Source: an uncultured Clostridia bacterium (GTDB lineage Bacteria > Bacillota > Clostridia > Christensenellales > DTU072). Taken from it: 64,000 nucleotides of DNA. Location of the stretch: the NCBI GenBank assembly GCA_934274515.1, contig CAKQTC010000010.1:2625-66624 (forward strand). The letters are read 5' to 3'. How positions within the stretch are numbered: position 1 is the first letter of the stretch; each line of letters starts with the position of its first letter. Below are positions 25,612 through 35,672 of the stretch, one piece after another. Under the pieces are notes generated by a model. It had not been told where the DNA came from. It searched no databases and was given only the letters and a program-made list of their open reading frames with translations. The position numbers and the translations under genes are program-made.

Positions 25612-26421
25612 ATGAAAAAGAGAATTACGAAGGTATTGATTTGCGTAATGGCTGCGGTTGCGGTAATCGGGGCGTGTATCGGGTTTGTCGGATGCAAAGA
25701 AACCAAGACGTTGACCGTAGGGTATACGATGTATCCGCCGATGAACTATGAGGATTCCGACGGTAAACTTATCGGGTTTGACACGGAACTTGCCACCAAA
25801 GTTTTTGAAGAACTCGGCTACAAAGTGATTTTCAAAGAAATCGAATGGAACAAGAAATACACCGAACTCAACGCAGGGTCTGTCGATTGTCTTTGGAACG
25901 GGTTTACTTCAAACGGTAGTGACAACGGCACGCCGAGAGCGGAACTTGTAGATTTTAGTTACAACTATATGAAGAACTATCAAGCGGTTGTTGTAAAAGC
26001 GAGCGAGATTGATAAATACACCGACAAGAACACGTCTTTTGCCGGGAAGAAAGGATACGTTGAAAAGAACAGTGCGGGGCAGGAATATGCGGCGGCGTTT
26101 GTCGGAGCGATTGTGGGCGAAGCGACCACGCAAATGAATGCGGTAATGCAGGTCAAATCGAAAGCGGCGGATTTTGCGGTTGTCGATTATCTGCTCGCAA
26201 ACAGCATAGTCGGGAAAGGCGATTACAGCGACCTTGCGTTCGTTGAAAATCTCAATTCGGACATCGAATACTACGCTATCGGGTTCAAGAAAGGCAGCGA
26301 ACTTACCGGGAAAGTAAACGCGTTGCTCGAAAAGTATGCGAAAGACGGTTCTCTTGCCGAACTTGCCGCAAAATATAAACTTTCAAATGCGATAATCCTT
26401 GATTATTCTTCGCAAAAATAA
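25612..26421 (+). CDS. Polar amino-acid ABC transporter substrate-binding lipoprotein (SBP family 3)
   Basis: Lipoprotein signal with lipobox FVGC. Typical SBP_bac_3 pattern (LTVGYTMYPPMNYEDSDGKLIGFDTELA ... DCLWNGFT ... DFAVVDYLLA). Confidence 0.85.
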   Translation: MKKRITKVLICVMAAVAVIGACIGFVGCKETKTLTVGYTMYPPMNYEDSDGKLIGFDTELATKVFEELGYKVIFKEIEWNKKYTELNAGSVDCLWNGFTSNGSDNGTPRAELVDFSYNYMKNYQAVVVKASEIDKYTDKNTSFAGKKGYVEKNSAGQEYAAAFVGAIVGEATTQMNAVMQVKSKAADFAVVDYLLANSIVGKGDYSDLAFVENLNSDIEYYAIGFKKGSELTGKVNALLEKYAKDGSLAELAAKYKLSNAIILDYSSQK

Positions 26422-26493
26422 TTCGAAAGACGAACAAACTTAGAAAGGAAACGGTCTGCGGAGCAATCGCTCCGCAGACAAAAGTATTTTAAT

Positions 26494-27186
26494 ATGAATT
26501 TTTTACAAGTAACTTTATATCTTCTCGACGGGTTCAAACTAACGTGTTTGTTGTTTGCCTGTACCTTAGTAATAAGTCTGCCGCTCGGTTTGCTTATCTC
26601 GTTTTGTACGATGAGTAAAATAAAACCCGTAAGTTATATTTTCCGTGTAATAGTCTGGATTGTTCGCGGTATACCTCTAATGTTGCAAATTTTCATCATC
26701 TATCTCGTTCCCGGATTTTTGTTGAATTTCAATCCTTTCGCAAAGGTCGATACGTTCTTCTTTTTGAACACGGGGATGAAAGACGCGGGGCGTTTTATTG
26801 CGGTCGTAATAGCGTTTTCGTTTAACTATGCGTGTTATTTTTCGGAAATATTCCGCGGCGGAATACAAAGTATCCCGAACGGGCAGTACGAGGCGTGCGC
26901 GGTGCTGGGGATGACGAAAAGAGAAACTTTTTTTCATATCGTTTTGCCGCAAGTAATCAAGCGCATAGTGCCGCCGATGAGTAACGAAGTAATAACGTTG
27001 GTCAAAGATACCGCGCTTTCTCGCGTGATTCTCGTTAGCGAACTAATTATGCAGGCGGAAAGACTTTTGTCGTACGCGCTTATATGGCCGCTGTTCTATT
27101 CTGGCGCGTTCTACCTTATTTTCGTAGGGGTACTTACGTTGCTTTTCAACTATATCGAGAAAAAACTCAGTTATTATAAGGTGTGA
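26494..27186 (+). CDS. Amino-acid ABC transporter permease (His/Glu/Gln/Arg family)
   Basis: Multi-pass hydrophobic protein with an EAA-like loop ([27 protein letters not shown]). Confidence 0.85.
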   Translation: MNFLQVTLYLLDGFKLTCLLFACTLVISLPLGLLISFCTMSKIKPVSYIFRVIVWIVRGIPLMLQIFIIYLVPGFLLNFNPFAKVDTFFFLNTGMKDAGRFIAVVIAFSFNYACYFSEIFRGGIQSIPNGQYEACAVLGMTKRETFFHIVLPQVIKRIVPPMSNEVITLVKDTALSRVILVSELIMQAERLLSYALIWPLFYSGAFYLIFVGVLTLLFNYIEKKLSYYKV

Positions 27187-27187
27187 T

Positions 27188-28036
27188 ATGTCGCTGCTTG
27201 AAATTAAAAATTTAACGAAAAAATTCGGAGAAACCGAAGTCCTTAAAGGAATAAGTCTTGAACTAAATCGCGGAGAAGTGATGTCGATAATCGGTTCGTC
27301 CGGGAGCGGAAAAACCACACTTCTGAGATGTCTAAACTATCTCGAAAACGCCGACGGCGGTAAAATATTCATAGACGGAGAATTATTTTTCGACGGCGAC
27401 GAAGAAACAAAAAAACGTTCCGCCGAAGAAATAAGACAAAAAAGATTAAAACTCGGACTGGTCTTTCAGTCGTTTAACCTGTTTCCGCATTACAACGTTT
27501 TGAAAAACGTAACAATCGCGCCTATGTTGTTTTCAAAAGACAAACTTAAACGAGAAAAAGCAAAAATTAAAAAATGCGCGGACAAAAAACAAGCGAAAGC
27601 GGAGTACAAAAAACTTAAAGAGAGCGTCGCCGAGGAAATAGAGAAAGAGGCTATTGCGGTGCTTGAAAGAGTAGGTTTGGGTGACAAATTGAAGGCGTAC
27701 CCGTGCGAATTGTCCGGTGGACAGCAGCAGAGAGTAGCGATTGCGAGAGCGCTTGTGATGAAACCCGCGATACTGTGTTTCGACGAGCCTACGAGCGCGC
27801 TCGACCCGGAACTTACGGGGGAAGTGTTGAAAGTAATAAAAGAACTTAAAGACGACGACAGAACGATGATAATCGTCACGCACGAAATGGGATTTGCAAA
27901 AACGGTATCGGACAAAGTGGTTTTTATGTCTGACGGAGTAATCGAAGAAATCGGTACGCCCGAAGAAATTTTCGACAATCCGTTAAGTCCCGTCACGAGA
28001 GCGTTTTTGGCTAATTCGCTTGAATCGAAATTCTAA
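27188..28036 (+). CDS. Amino-acid ABC transporter ATP-binding protein
   Basis: Walker [11 protein letters not shown]-loop VFQSFNLF, signature [15 protein letters not shown], Walker [14 protein letters not shown]-loop IVTHEM. It carries an extra Lys-rich segment between the Q-loop region and the signature motif. Confidence 0.9.
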   Translation: MSLLEIKNLTKKFGETEVLKGISLELNRGEVMSIIGSSGSGKTTLLRCLNYLENADGGKIFIDGELFFDGDEETKKRSAEEIRQKRLKLGLVFQSFNLFPHYNVLKNVTIAPMLFSKDKLKREKAKIKKCADKKQAKAEYKKLKESVAEEIEKEAIAVLERVGLGDKLKAYPCELSGGQQQRVAIARALVMKPAILCFDEPTSALDPELTGEVLKVIKELKDDDRTMIIVTHEMGFAKTVSDKVVFMSDGVIEEIGTPEEIFDNPLSPVTRAFLANSLESKF

Positions 28037-28062
28037 AAAAATACGAAATATTCTTCCAATTA

Positions 28063-28098
28063 AAAAACCGCGTTTTTATATATAATCGCGGTTTTTTA
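28063..28098. terminator. Bidirectional terminator between convergent genes
   Basis: Stem aaaaaccgcg / cgcggttttt, with an A-run and a T-run on the flanks. Confidence 0.65.
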
Positions 28099-28172
28099 AT
28101 TGCCGAAGAAATATCAAGTAAAGGTAAAATGCGTCAAACTATTATCGTTCGACAACGAAATAAATATCCGTA

Positions 28173-28781
28173 TTATTTTTGCGGCAGCGTTTCGTCGAGG
28201 TAGGACGCTTCGGTGTCGGAAAGGTGGAAAAGAAGCGCGTGCGGATATTTATAAAACGCGTCGCTCATCGCATAATCGCCGCCGATTACGCGTTTATCGA
28301 AACCGCCCATATGCCAATTTATCGCAATCGCTTCTTCGCGAGTAAGGCGTATAAAACCGCTTATCATATAAACCGATTTTTCACCGTGTCCGTACGGGAG
28401 AGCGTCGTCGATGGTAAAATACGGACGTTTTTCCCATTCTCCGTTTTCGTTTTTAACGTTGCGGTAGTCGATTTTATAGTAGTTTACCTTACAAATATCG
28501 TGTAAAAGTGCGATAATAGCCGCGCTTTCAGGGCTGATTTTATCTTCCCATTCGCCGTCGTATTCGACGTTTAGATGTTGTAAAAATCGATAATACGTTT
28601 TCACCGAATGTTCGCAAAGACCGCCTTCGAACGCCGAGTGGAAACGCGTGGACGCGGGAGCGGTAAAAAAATCCGACTTGTTTATCAGCCAATCGAGAAG
28701 TTTGTCCGCGCCGTCGCGAAAAATGTTTTCTTTGTAAATATTGATAAATTCCGATTTGTAATCCGTTATTCCGTAGTCCAT
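28173..28781 (-). CDS. HD-domain phosphohydrolase
   Basis: RFHSAFEGGLCEHS and ALLHDICK (H...HD metal ligands). It overlaps the upstream cca gene by 16 nt, so they are probably co-transcribed. Confidence 0.7.
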   Translation of the reverse strand: MDYGITDYKSEFINIYKENIFRDGADKLLDWLINKSDFFTAPASTRFHSAFEGGLCEHSVKTYYRFLQHLNVEYDGEWEDKISPESAAIIALLHDICKVNYYKIDYRNVKNENGEWEKRPYFTIDDALPYGHGEKSVYMISGFIRLTREEAIAINWHMGGFDKRVIGGDYAMSDAFYKYPHALLFHLSDTEASYLDETLPQK

Positions 28782-30130
28782 TTTTGCCTCCGTGCGTAAT
28801 TTTTTATGAAATCCAGTTGTTTTTCTTTCGTTGTGAGCGGAGAAGATGGCAAAACCCGTTCTTCTAGCAACGCGTTCAACGCTTCGCCACGCTTGTTTTC
28901 GGGCAAAGTCGGTATCATTATAAGGTCGTTGCCGTTTACAAGCAGTCCGCTTACCGAAAACGGTACGTTCTCTTCTTTCATTTTTTTAAGTTCCGCCGTA
29001 ATCGCGTCCGCGCTTTTAAGAGTATCGTGTTCCGCAAGTCCGCTTCCTTTGTAATCTGCGTATTTGAGTTTTACGAGTTTGTCCGCTATGTCCGCGTTAT
29101 GCAAGAGAAAACGCCTCATCGTGCTTTGTTTGACGTCCGATTTTAAGTTGAACATATGGTTTTCCACAAGTCGCGCCGTTTCTTCCACAACCGCTGCGGG
29201 ATACCGTAGTTCTGTCAATATCCGACGCGTCATCACGCCCCCTTGCTTGTCGTGACCGCGATAAAACCCCGTATGTATCATCATATAAGGTTTTGCTACG
29301 TCGTGCATAAGAGCGGCAAGTCGAACGTCCGCATCCGCGTATTTTACCGTGTGCAGTATATGTTCGAACACGTCGTATTTATGGAAGTCCGAACGTTGGT
29401 TCATGCCTATGCCTCGACAAAGATCCGGCAAAATTCTTTCAAGTACGCCTATATCGTTAAGAAGTTCCAGACCGCGATAATGGGCGTCCTTAACACCGTA
29501 AAAGGTATCCGCAACAAGGATTTTGTCTAGTTCGTCGCGTATGCGTTCTTTGCTTATCTCGTCTATTAAGAACCGATTTTCCTTTGCCGCCGATAAAACT
29601 TCCGATAACGGGGTAAAGCCTAAACTCGCGGCAAAGCGCGCGAGCCGCATAAGGCGAAGACCGTCTTCGGAAAAAACCTGTTGCGGCGAGCGCGTAGAAC
29701 GTAACGTTTTGTTTTTTAGGTCGGTCAGTCCGTTAAGCGGATCCACGACTTCGTCGCGTTTAATATCGTAATAGATTGCGTTTATCGTAAAGTCGCGACG
29801 AGACGCGTCTACGGCGATATCGGTACAGTGCGTGACTTCGTGCGGACGGTGTCCGCCGACGTAACTGTCGAAACGAAACGACGTGTATTCATAACCGACG
29901 CCGTCGCGTTTTATGACAAGCGTAAGCAGTTTTTTGCTGCCGTCTTTGACTTCATAAGGGGAGGAAGATAAAATTCGTTTGACTTCTTCGGGTGGAAGCG
30001 CGCTCGTAATGTCGAGGTCGCACGGGCTAAACCCGAGCAAAGAATCGCGGACGTAACCGCCGACCGCATAAAGGGGGACGGGGAAAAGTTCTGCAAGTTC
30101 TTTTACCTTGGTATCGAACTTAATCTTCAT
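28766..30130 (-). CDS. cca: CCA-adding tRNA nucleotidyltransferase / poly(A) polymerase family protein
   Basis: N-terminal GGYVRDSLLG...DLDI nucleotidyltransferase motif, RRDFTINA, and a C-terminal HD-like region (LMHDVAKP). Confidence 0.85.
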   Translation of the reverse strand: MKIKFDTKVKELAELFPVPLYAVGGYVRDSLLGFSPCDLDITSALPPEEVKRILSSSPYEVKDGSKKLLTLVIKRDGVGYEYTSFRFDSYVGGHRPHEVTHCTDIAVDASRRDFTINAIYYDIKRDEVVDPLNGLTDLKNKTLRSTRSPQQVFSEDGLRLMRLARFAASLGFTPLSEVLSAAKENRFLIDEISKERIRDELDKILVADTFYGVKDAHYRGLELLNDIGVLERILPDLCRGIGMNQRSDFHKYDVFEHILHTVKYADADVRLAALMHDVAKPYMMIHTGFYRGHDKQGGVMTRRILTELRYPAAVVEETARLVENHMFNLKSDVKQSTMRRFLLHNADIADKLVKLKYADYKGSGLAEHDTLKSADAITAELKKMKEENVPFSVSGLLVNGNDLIMIPTLPENKRGEALNALLEERVLPSSPLTTKEKQLDFIKNYARRQKWTTE

Positions 30131-30656
30131 AAATTTCCGGTTTTAACACTCCTATATTAGGATAGTTGCGATATTTTTGGTTGTAATCCAACCCGTAACC
30201 GACAACGAATTCGTCGGGAACGGTAAACCCGACGTAGTCGCCTTCCATTTCGACTTTTCTTCTGGACGGTTTGTCGAGAAGAGTGCATATCTTGAATGAT
30301 TTCGGACGACGTTCGAGCATAATGCGTTTCAGGTAGGCGAGAGTGGAACCCGTGTCCACAATGTCTTCGACGATAATTACGTTTTTTCCTTCGATAGGCA
30401 TCGAGATATCGGTGTTGATACGAACCTCTCCGCTCGACTTCGTGCCTTTGTAACTGGAAACGGACATAAACTCTATATACGCCGATTGTTCGACGTGACG
30501 GGTCAAATCGCAAAGGAAGTAGCAACTTCCGCGAAGAATACCGACGAAAATAATTTCTTCTCCGGCATAATCGCGATTTATTTCCGCGGCGAGTTCTTTT
30601 ACTCTTTTTTCGATTTCTTCTTTGGTGAACAGTACTTTTGCAATGTCGTTTTTCAT
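30120..30656 (-). CDS. hpt: Hypoxanthine-guanine phosphoribosyltransferase
   Basis: 178 aa. PRPP-binding motif VIIVEDIVDTGSTL. Typical N-terminus (LFTKEEIEKRVKELA). Sits immediately downstream of tilS, which is the conserved arrangement. Confidence 0.92.
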   Translation of the reverse strand: MKNDIAKVLFTKEEIEKRVKELAAEINRDYAGEEIIFVGILRGSCYFLCDLTRHVEQSAYIEFMSVSSYKGTKSSGEVRINTDISMPIEGKNVIIVEDIVDTGSTLAYLKRIMLERRPKSFKICTLLDKPSRRKVEMEGDYVGFTVPDEFVVGYGLDYNQKYRNYPNIGVLKPEIYED

Positions 30657-31924
30657 TTGGTTCGCTCCCTGATGATGTGAAGTATATTAACGGTATTTTC
30701 CGTAATTTTTACCGAATCGGCGGTTTCCACGCCGAAAATCGCATATATTTCGCTGTCTTTTGCCAAAACCAACAGCGCGTCTTTTTCGAGTTTTGACAAT
30801 TTCAAATCGTTTAGATAATCGCTTAAAAGTTTTCTTTTTCCGTTTACGCGTTTGAAGACGTCGCCGTCTCTGCGCGTGCGTACGACGCACGCGTTCGGCA
30901 GCCTGTCGCCGTCAATCGACGCGCCTTTAAGAATACCGTTTCCCTTGCGAACGTAATAGCGGCTGCCGCCAAACGCGTAAACACCGTCCGCGCCGAAGGC
31001 TGCGGGCGGAAACGGTTCGGGGTTTCTCTCCGCTATTATTATCCCGTCGCCGTACTTGACGCAAATAAGGTTAAAGGGAAGATTAATGGACGTGTTGTTC
31101 GGTTTTTCCGCTAACGAACAAATAGATTCGACGTGTCGCGACTCAAAATCTTGAAGAAATCCGAGTTGTTTTATCGTGAGCATTAAAGAATACTTTTGTA
31201 TGATTTTAGGCAGCCCGAAAAAAGACTTTAAGTACGTTCCGTTTGATATTTTTTCCGCCTTCGGGCAAACGGACGACAGGTATTCGTCGGTTTCGAGAGC
31301 ATATTCGGACAGTCGCGCTATTGCCGCAGCCGCGTCGGGGAACCGAGCGTTTATTAAGGGCATAAGTTCGTTTCTTATATAGTTACGGGTATAGTCGGAA
31401 GAAAGATTTGTTTCGTCGGTGACGAAAGGCACGGAATGCGCCGCGGCGTATTCCTCGATTTGTTTACGAGTGTAACGAATAAAAGGGCGAATAAAATCGT
31501 CGCGATCGGTTATTCCGCATAAACCGCGAATACCCGTGCCGCGAAAAATGCGCATAAGGACGGTTTCCGCATTGTCGTCGGCGTGATGAGCGAGCGCGAT
31601 TTTGGCGACCGTGCCGGAAGAGAGCAGTTCGTCGAAAAACGCGTATCTTAGACGACGCGCGCACGTTTCTATGCTTTCGCCCGATAGACAGGAATTTATC
31701 GCGTCTACCGAACGCGTGACGAAAGGGATGTTGTTAAGTTTGCAGTAAGCGCGGACAAAATCCGTGTCGCGGAGAGAAGTTTCGCCGCGAATACCGTGTT
31801 CGACGTTAATCGCAAGCACGTCTTGTTCGGCAAGACAGAACGCGTGTAGCAGGCACATACTGTCAATGCCGCCGCTCACGGCGACGCCTATTTTGCCTGC
31901 GTATTTGTCAACGACTAATTCCAT
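30653..31924 (-). CDS. tilS: tRNA(Ile)-lysidine synthase
   Basis: PP-loop SGGIDS (VAVSGGIDSMCLLH), then LAHHADDNAETVLMR. Conserved tilS-hpt order. Confidence 0.9.
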   Translation of the reverse strand: MELVVDKYAGKIGVAVSGGIDSMCLLHAFCLAEQDVLAINVEHGIRGETSLRDTDFVRAYCKLNNIPFVTRSVDAINSCLSGESIETCARRLRYAFFDELLSSGTVAKIALAHHADDNAETVLMRIFRGTGIRGLCGITDRDDFIRPFIRYTRKQIEEYAAAHSVPFVTDETNLSSDYTRNYIRNELMPLINARFPDAAAAIARLSEYALETDEYLSSVCPKAEKISNGTYLKSFFGLPKIIQKYSLMLTIKQLGFLQDFESRHVESICSLAEKPNNTSINLPFNLICVKYGDGIIIAERNPEPFPPAAFGADGVYAFGGSRYYVRKGNGILKGASIDGDRLPNACVVRTRRDGDVFKRVNGKRKLLSDYLNDLKLSKLEKDALLVLAKDSEIYAIFGVETADSVKITENTVNILHIIRERTK

Positions 31925-31994
31925 ACGACTATTTTACACTCAATCGGCGAAAATATCAATTATAATTAACGTATAATAACGGCGATAAAAAAAT

Positions 31995-32019
31995 AAAACG
32001 GTTCTTGTCGAACCGTTTT
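31995..32019. terminator. Bidirectional intrinsic terminator downstream of the alcohol dehydrogenase gene
   Basis: Stem aaaacggttc / gaaccgtttt with a 5-nt loop, and an A/T-run on both sides. Confidence 0.65.
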
Positions 32020-32041
32020 ACTCGTTTGTCAAACGAAAAAA

Positions 32042-33259
32042 TTATTTTGTTTCTTCTTCTTGCGGAGCCATAATTTCGTGGTACATCGCGGTCATCTCTT
32101 CTTTGCCCATAAATTTCGGTACGGGGTAGAGAGGATTCGCTTCTTTAAGAGAACGCGCGACCATCGTCGGGATGTCTTCTTCTTTGATACCCTTGATTTG
32201 AGTCGGGATTTGCATATACTCGTTCATCTCTTTTACGGCGCGGATAAACGCTTTTGCTTTCGCTTCGTCGCTTGCACCCTTAATGCCCACCGCGTTGGCG
32301 AGTTCGGAAAGGGGACGATAGACGGTTTCGCCGTAGTAGTCGAGCAGATGAGGAAGAATAACCGCGTTTGCCAAACCGTGCGGCACGCCGTACATTCCGC
32401 CCAGCGTGTGAGCGATGGAGTGGACGTAACCGACGTAAGAGCGAGTAAACGCTTCGCCGGCAAAGAACGACGCCCATTGCATGTTTTTGCGCTTTTTAAG
32501 GTCGGAACCGTCGTCGTAAACGTCTTTTAGGTTCTCGAAAATAAGTTTCGTCGCTTTTACGCACCAAGCGCGAGTTTGGTCGGTCGTGCTTTTGCCGATA
32601 TAGGCTTCGACGGCGTGAGTGAGCGCGTCCATACCCGTGGTAGACGTGATGTGTTTAGGCAAACCGAGGGTAAGCGACGGGTCGAGAACGGCGTATTTAG
32701 GAATAAGCACGGGGTCGTTGATAGGATATTTTTCGTGAGTTTCGGGGTTGGAAACAACAGCCGCTACCGTCGCTTCGCTGCCCGTTCCGCTCGTGGTGGG
32801 TATAGCGAAAATCGTAGGAAGTTTTTTGCGAACTTTGAGGGTACCTTTCATTTGCGGAATGGTTTTGTTGGGTCTGGCGACTCTGCAACCGACGCCTTTT
32901 GCGCAATCCATAGGCGAACCGCCGCCGAAAGCGATGATGCCCTCGCACGCGTTTTCATTATACATAGCGTACGCGTCTTCGATGTTTGTAATAGTCGGGT
33001 TCGGAACGGTTTTGTCGAAAACGCAATACTTAACGTTTTTATCTTCCAAACCTTGTTTAAGTCCGTCGATTAAATGGAGTTTGTTGTGAAGAACGTCATC
33101 GGTTACGATAAGGACGGAACCTAATCCTTCTTTAACGACGGCGTCGGGGAGTTTGTCAAGACCGTTTATAATGGTCGGTTCGCGGAAGTTGAGAATTTTC
33201 ATTCCGATACGCATTCCCGCTTGGTAAACTCTGCAATAGCCTTTTTCAAAAATATTCAT
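32042..33259 (-). CDS. Iron-containing (group III) alcohol dehydrogenase
   Basis: GGGSPMDCAKG nucleotide-binding motif. Metal-ligand histidines in ALTHAVEAY and HSIAHTLGGMYGVPHG. Confidence 0.9.
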   Translation of the reverse strand: MNIFEKGYCRVYQAGMRIGMKILNFREPTIINGLDKLPDAVVKEGLGSVLIVTDDVLHNKLHLIDGLKQGLEDKNVKYCVFDKTVPNPTITNIEDAYAMYNENACEGIIAFGGGSPMDCAKGVGCRVARPNKTIPQMKGTLKVRKKLPTIFAIPTTSGTGSEATVAAVVSNPETHEKYPINDPVLIPKYAVLDPSLTLGLPKHITSTTGMDALTHAVEAYIGKSTTDQTRAWCVKATKLIFENLKDVYDDGSDLKKRKNMQWASFFAGEAFTRSYVGYVHSIAHTLGGMYGVPHGLANAVILPHLLDYYGETVYRPLSELANAVGIKGASDEAKAKAFIRAVKEMNEYMQIPTQIKGIKEEDIPTMVARSLKEANPLYPVPKFMGKEEMTAMYHEIMAPQEEETK

Positions 33260-33365
33260 TAAGACCTCCGAATTTTATAAAAAATTTCTATTTTTATTAA
33301 TAAATGGTAGCACTATTTGCCGACTTTTGCAATTATTTTTTAACAAGTAAAATCAAAAACGTCGG

Positions 33366-34856
33366 TTACATCCCTTTTTTTCTCAAAAAGCGAATTCGTC
33401 GGTTGACGACGCAGATGGCAACCGCAAAAACAACGCAAGCAATTCCGAGCGGAATCGATAAAAAAGCAAAGAAGTAAACGCTGCCCCGAAAAGCAAAATT
33501 TATACCGAAAATCGGCAAAACCGAATAAGCGGAAAATTTAAGTAAACGCAGTTTTTTATATTGTCGAATAAATATCAAAACAAGAACTATAAGCAAAAAA
33601 GCAAGTAGTAAGCAAACAATCGCATACGGCGTTTCGTCCTTGTCTTTCCATAAAATGAAAACAGTGTTTTCCGTCCCGACGACGAACGAAGCGTAGCCGT
33701 CTTTTACCGTGCACGGAAGATAGGTAAGATGTCCGTTTTCATCGGCTAATGCAACCGTATAGTAACTCTTATAGTCAATTACGGGTACCCGAACTTCCAT
33801 TTTAACGCTATCGGAGTTTGCAATTTCCACGGCGAAAGCGTCGTAAACGTATTGAAGGTCGAGCGGTTTTTCGTATCGGCGCGCGTAGTCGTATTTATCG
33901 AGAGAAGAAACGACGCTTTTTACACCCGGAATAAAGCCTTTTTCAAGAAAAATCTCGATACCGTTTTGTTGCGATTCTCGCGGATAAACTGTTATTTCGC
34001 GTGACGCGGAATCGAGAGAAAGTTCGTAATTATTTTGTGGTTTCGTAAAAGACGCGGTAAGCACGTATTTGCCCGAATTCGTGATATTTTCGCTCCCGTC
34101 GCCCGGCACGCCGCGGTCGTTTAACTTATGGTAAAGAACGGTTATTTGCGCGTCGGACGACGGGAGAAGTCCGTGCGCGGTAAAGGTAAATTTAAGCGTT
34201 TCTCCGCGGGTTAGGAGCGCGACGGACGGGAAGTCGGCACTTACCGTGACCGCGCGTTTAAGTACGTTTACCGTTCCTGTCGCGTCGGTGTAATAGTTTT
34301 CGTTGCGGCAAAAAGCGCGTAGAGAGTAAGTTCCTGCGTCGGACGAAACGAAGGGTTCGACGTAGAACCCGATGTCGCTTTCGACGTCGCCGAAAGCGGG
34401 GGAGGAAATCAGTTTGTATTCGGGTTCGGTCGGCGCGTCGCCGTAGAAACACACGAAAGAGCGAATTTTCGCCTTTATGAGTTTCGGGCGAATTTTAATC
34501 GTGACGGCGGCAGTTGCTTCCGCACCGTTTTCTTTTACGGTAACGACGTATTTTCCGCTGTCTGAAACCGTTTTAACTTTTATAAAAGGGGTTTTTACAG
34601 GGATGAGTTTGTCGTTTTTAGTCCAAACGTATTCGGCTGTTTGGGAAAAGCCGACGATTGTCGGGGCGACGGTCCGCTCCCGTCCGTCGTAGGTAAAAAT
34701 ATTTTCGGTAGGAAGAGAAATCGAGTATTCGGAAGGGGTTTCGGCATAAGCCGTCGGCGAGAGAAACGGCGAAAAGAAAACGGCGAGAAAGAAAACGCAC
34801 GCGAACGCGGCGAGCGCGAATATCGATATTGCGATGCGACTGCGTGCAAAAGGCAT
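33366..34856 (-). CDS. Membrane-anchored extracellular protein with MBG-like (YGDA...AGTY...NY) beta repeats
   Basis: N-terminal signal/TM segment. Repeats include FYGDAPTEPEYKL...DAGTYSLRAF...NENYYTDATGTVNVLKRAVTV. There are three C-terminal hydrophobic helices. It is the last gene of a minus-strand LOG-HAD-MBG string. Confidence 0.6.
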   Translation of the reverse strand: MPFARSRIAISIFALAAFACVFFLAVFFSPFLSPTAYAETPSEYSISLPTENIFTYDGRERTVAPTIVGFSQTAEYVWTKNDKLIPVKTPFIKVKTVSDSGKYVVTVKENGAEATAAVTIKIRPKLIKAKIRSFVCFYGDAPTEPEYKLISSPAFGDVESDIGFYVEPFVSSDAGTYSLRAFCRNENYYTDATGTVNVLKRAVTVSADFPSVALLTRGETLKFTFTAHGLLPSSDAQITVLYHKLNDRGVPGDGSENITNSGKYVLTASFTKPQNNYELSLDSASREITVYPRESQQNGIEIFLEKGFIPGVKSVVSSLDKYDYARRYEKPLDLQYVYDAFAVEIANSDSVKMEVRVPVIDYKSYYTVALADENGHLTYLPCTVKDGYASFVVGTENTVFILWKDKDETPYAIVCLLLAFLLIVLVLIFIRQYKKLRLLKFSAYSVLPIFGINFAFRGSVYFFAFLSIPLGIACVVFAVAICVVNRRIRFLRKKGM

Positions 34857-34860
34857 AGGC

Positions 34861-35655
34861 TTACCAGTCTTCCGTTTTGTTTGTGTTCTTTAAGTCGTCG
34901 TAGAAATCTTTGTATTTGGTGCGAAAGTTTTTCGGTTCCGCCTCGTTTATGTCGAACGAGCGTTTTTCCGCCTCGGCGGCGGTCATCGGTCGTGCGAATT
35001 TTACGGGGGAAGACGGTTCGTCCAAAACAAGCGAGTACAGTTCGTGCAGGTCGTCGATGACTTTTACGCCGAGACGGGCGAGTTTTTCGTCCGAAGTGTG
35101 GCCGCCTTTAACCAGAACCACGTCCGCGCCGATTGCGGCGGCGGTTTCCACGTCGTGTTCGGTGTCGCCGACGAGAAGAATTTTGCGGTTTTTCGGCAAA
35201 GCGTCAACGAATTGTTTGCCGTATGAGATTTTTCCTTCGGCAAGAACGTTGTCGGTGCATAAAACTTTTTCGAAATAGCCGTCTATGCCGTAACGGACGA
35301 GCGCGGTTTCGAGAACGACGCGTTCGCTCGCGCTGAGTATGTATTGCGGAATATGTTTTCCGCGAAAAACGGCGAGAACTTCTTTGGCGTGTTTTCGCAA
35401 AGAAAGTTTGTCGTTGTAGGCGGCGTAGTTGCGGTTAAACTCCGTCGCAAGGTCGTCGTAACTTTCCTTGTCGAAGTCGAACCCTAAATCCGAGTAATAG
35501 TCTTTAATCGGAAAACGGAAGTATTTATGATATTTTTCTTTCGTCATAATATCCATTCCGCGCGAAGACAAAGATACGTTTACCACATCTATGCAGTAGT
35601 CCATATCGTCAACCAGCGTGCCGTTCCAATCCCAAAAAACGTGAGAGTATTTCAT
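34861..35655 (-). CDS. HAD-superfamily hydrolase (phosphoglycolate-phosphatase-like)
   Basis: Motif I variant FWDWNGTLVDD, motif II ILSAS, motif IV LVGDTEHDVETAAAIGADVV. Confidence 0.8.
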   Translation of the reverse strand: MKYSHVFWDWNGTLVDDMDYCIDVVNVSLSSRGMDIMTKEKYHKYFRFPIKDYYSDLGFDFDKESYDDLATEFNRNYAAYNDKLSLRKHAKEVLAVFRGKHIPQYILSASERVVLETALVRYGIDGYFEKVLCTDNVLAEGKISYGKQFVDALPKNRKILLVGDTEHDVETAAAIGADVVLVKGGHTSDEKLARLGVKVIDDLHELYSLVLDEPSSPVKFARPMTAAEAEKRSFDINEAEPKNFRTKYKDFYDDLKNTNKTEDW

Positions 35656-35672
35656 AATAGATGTATCCGTCC

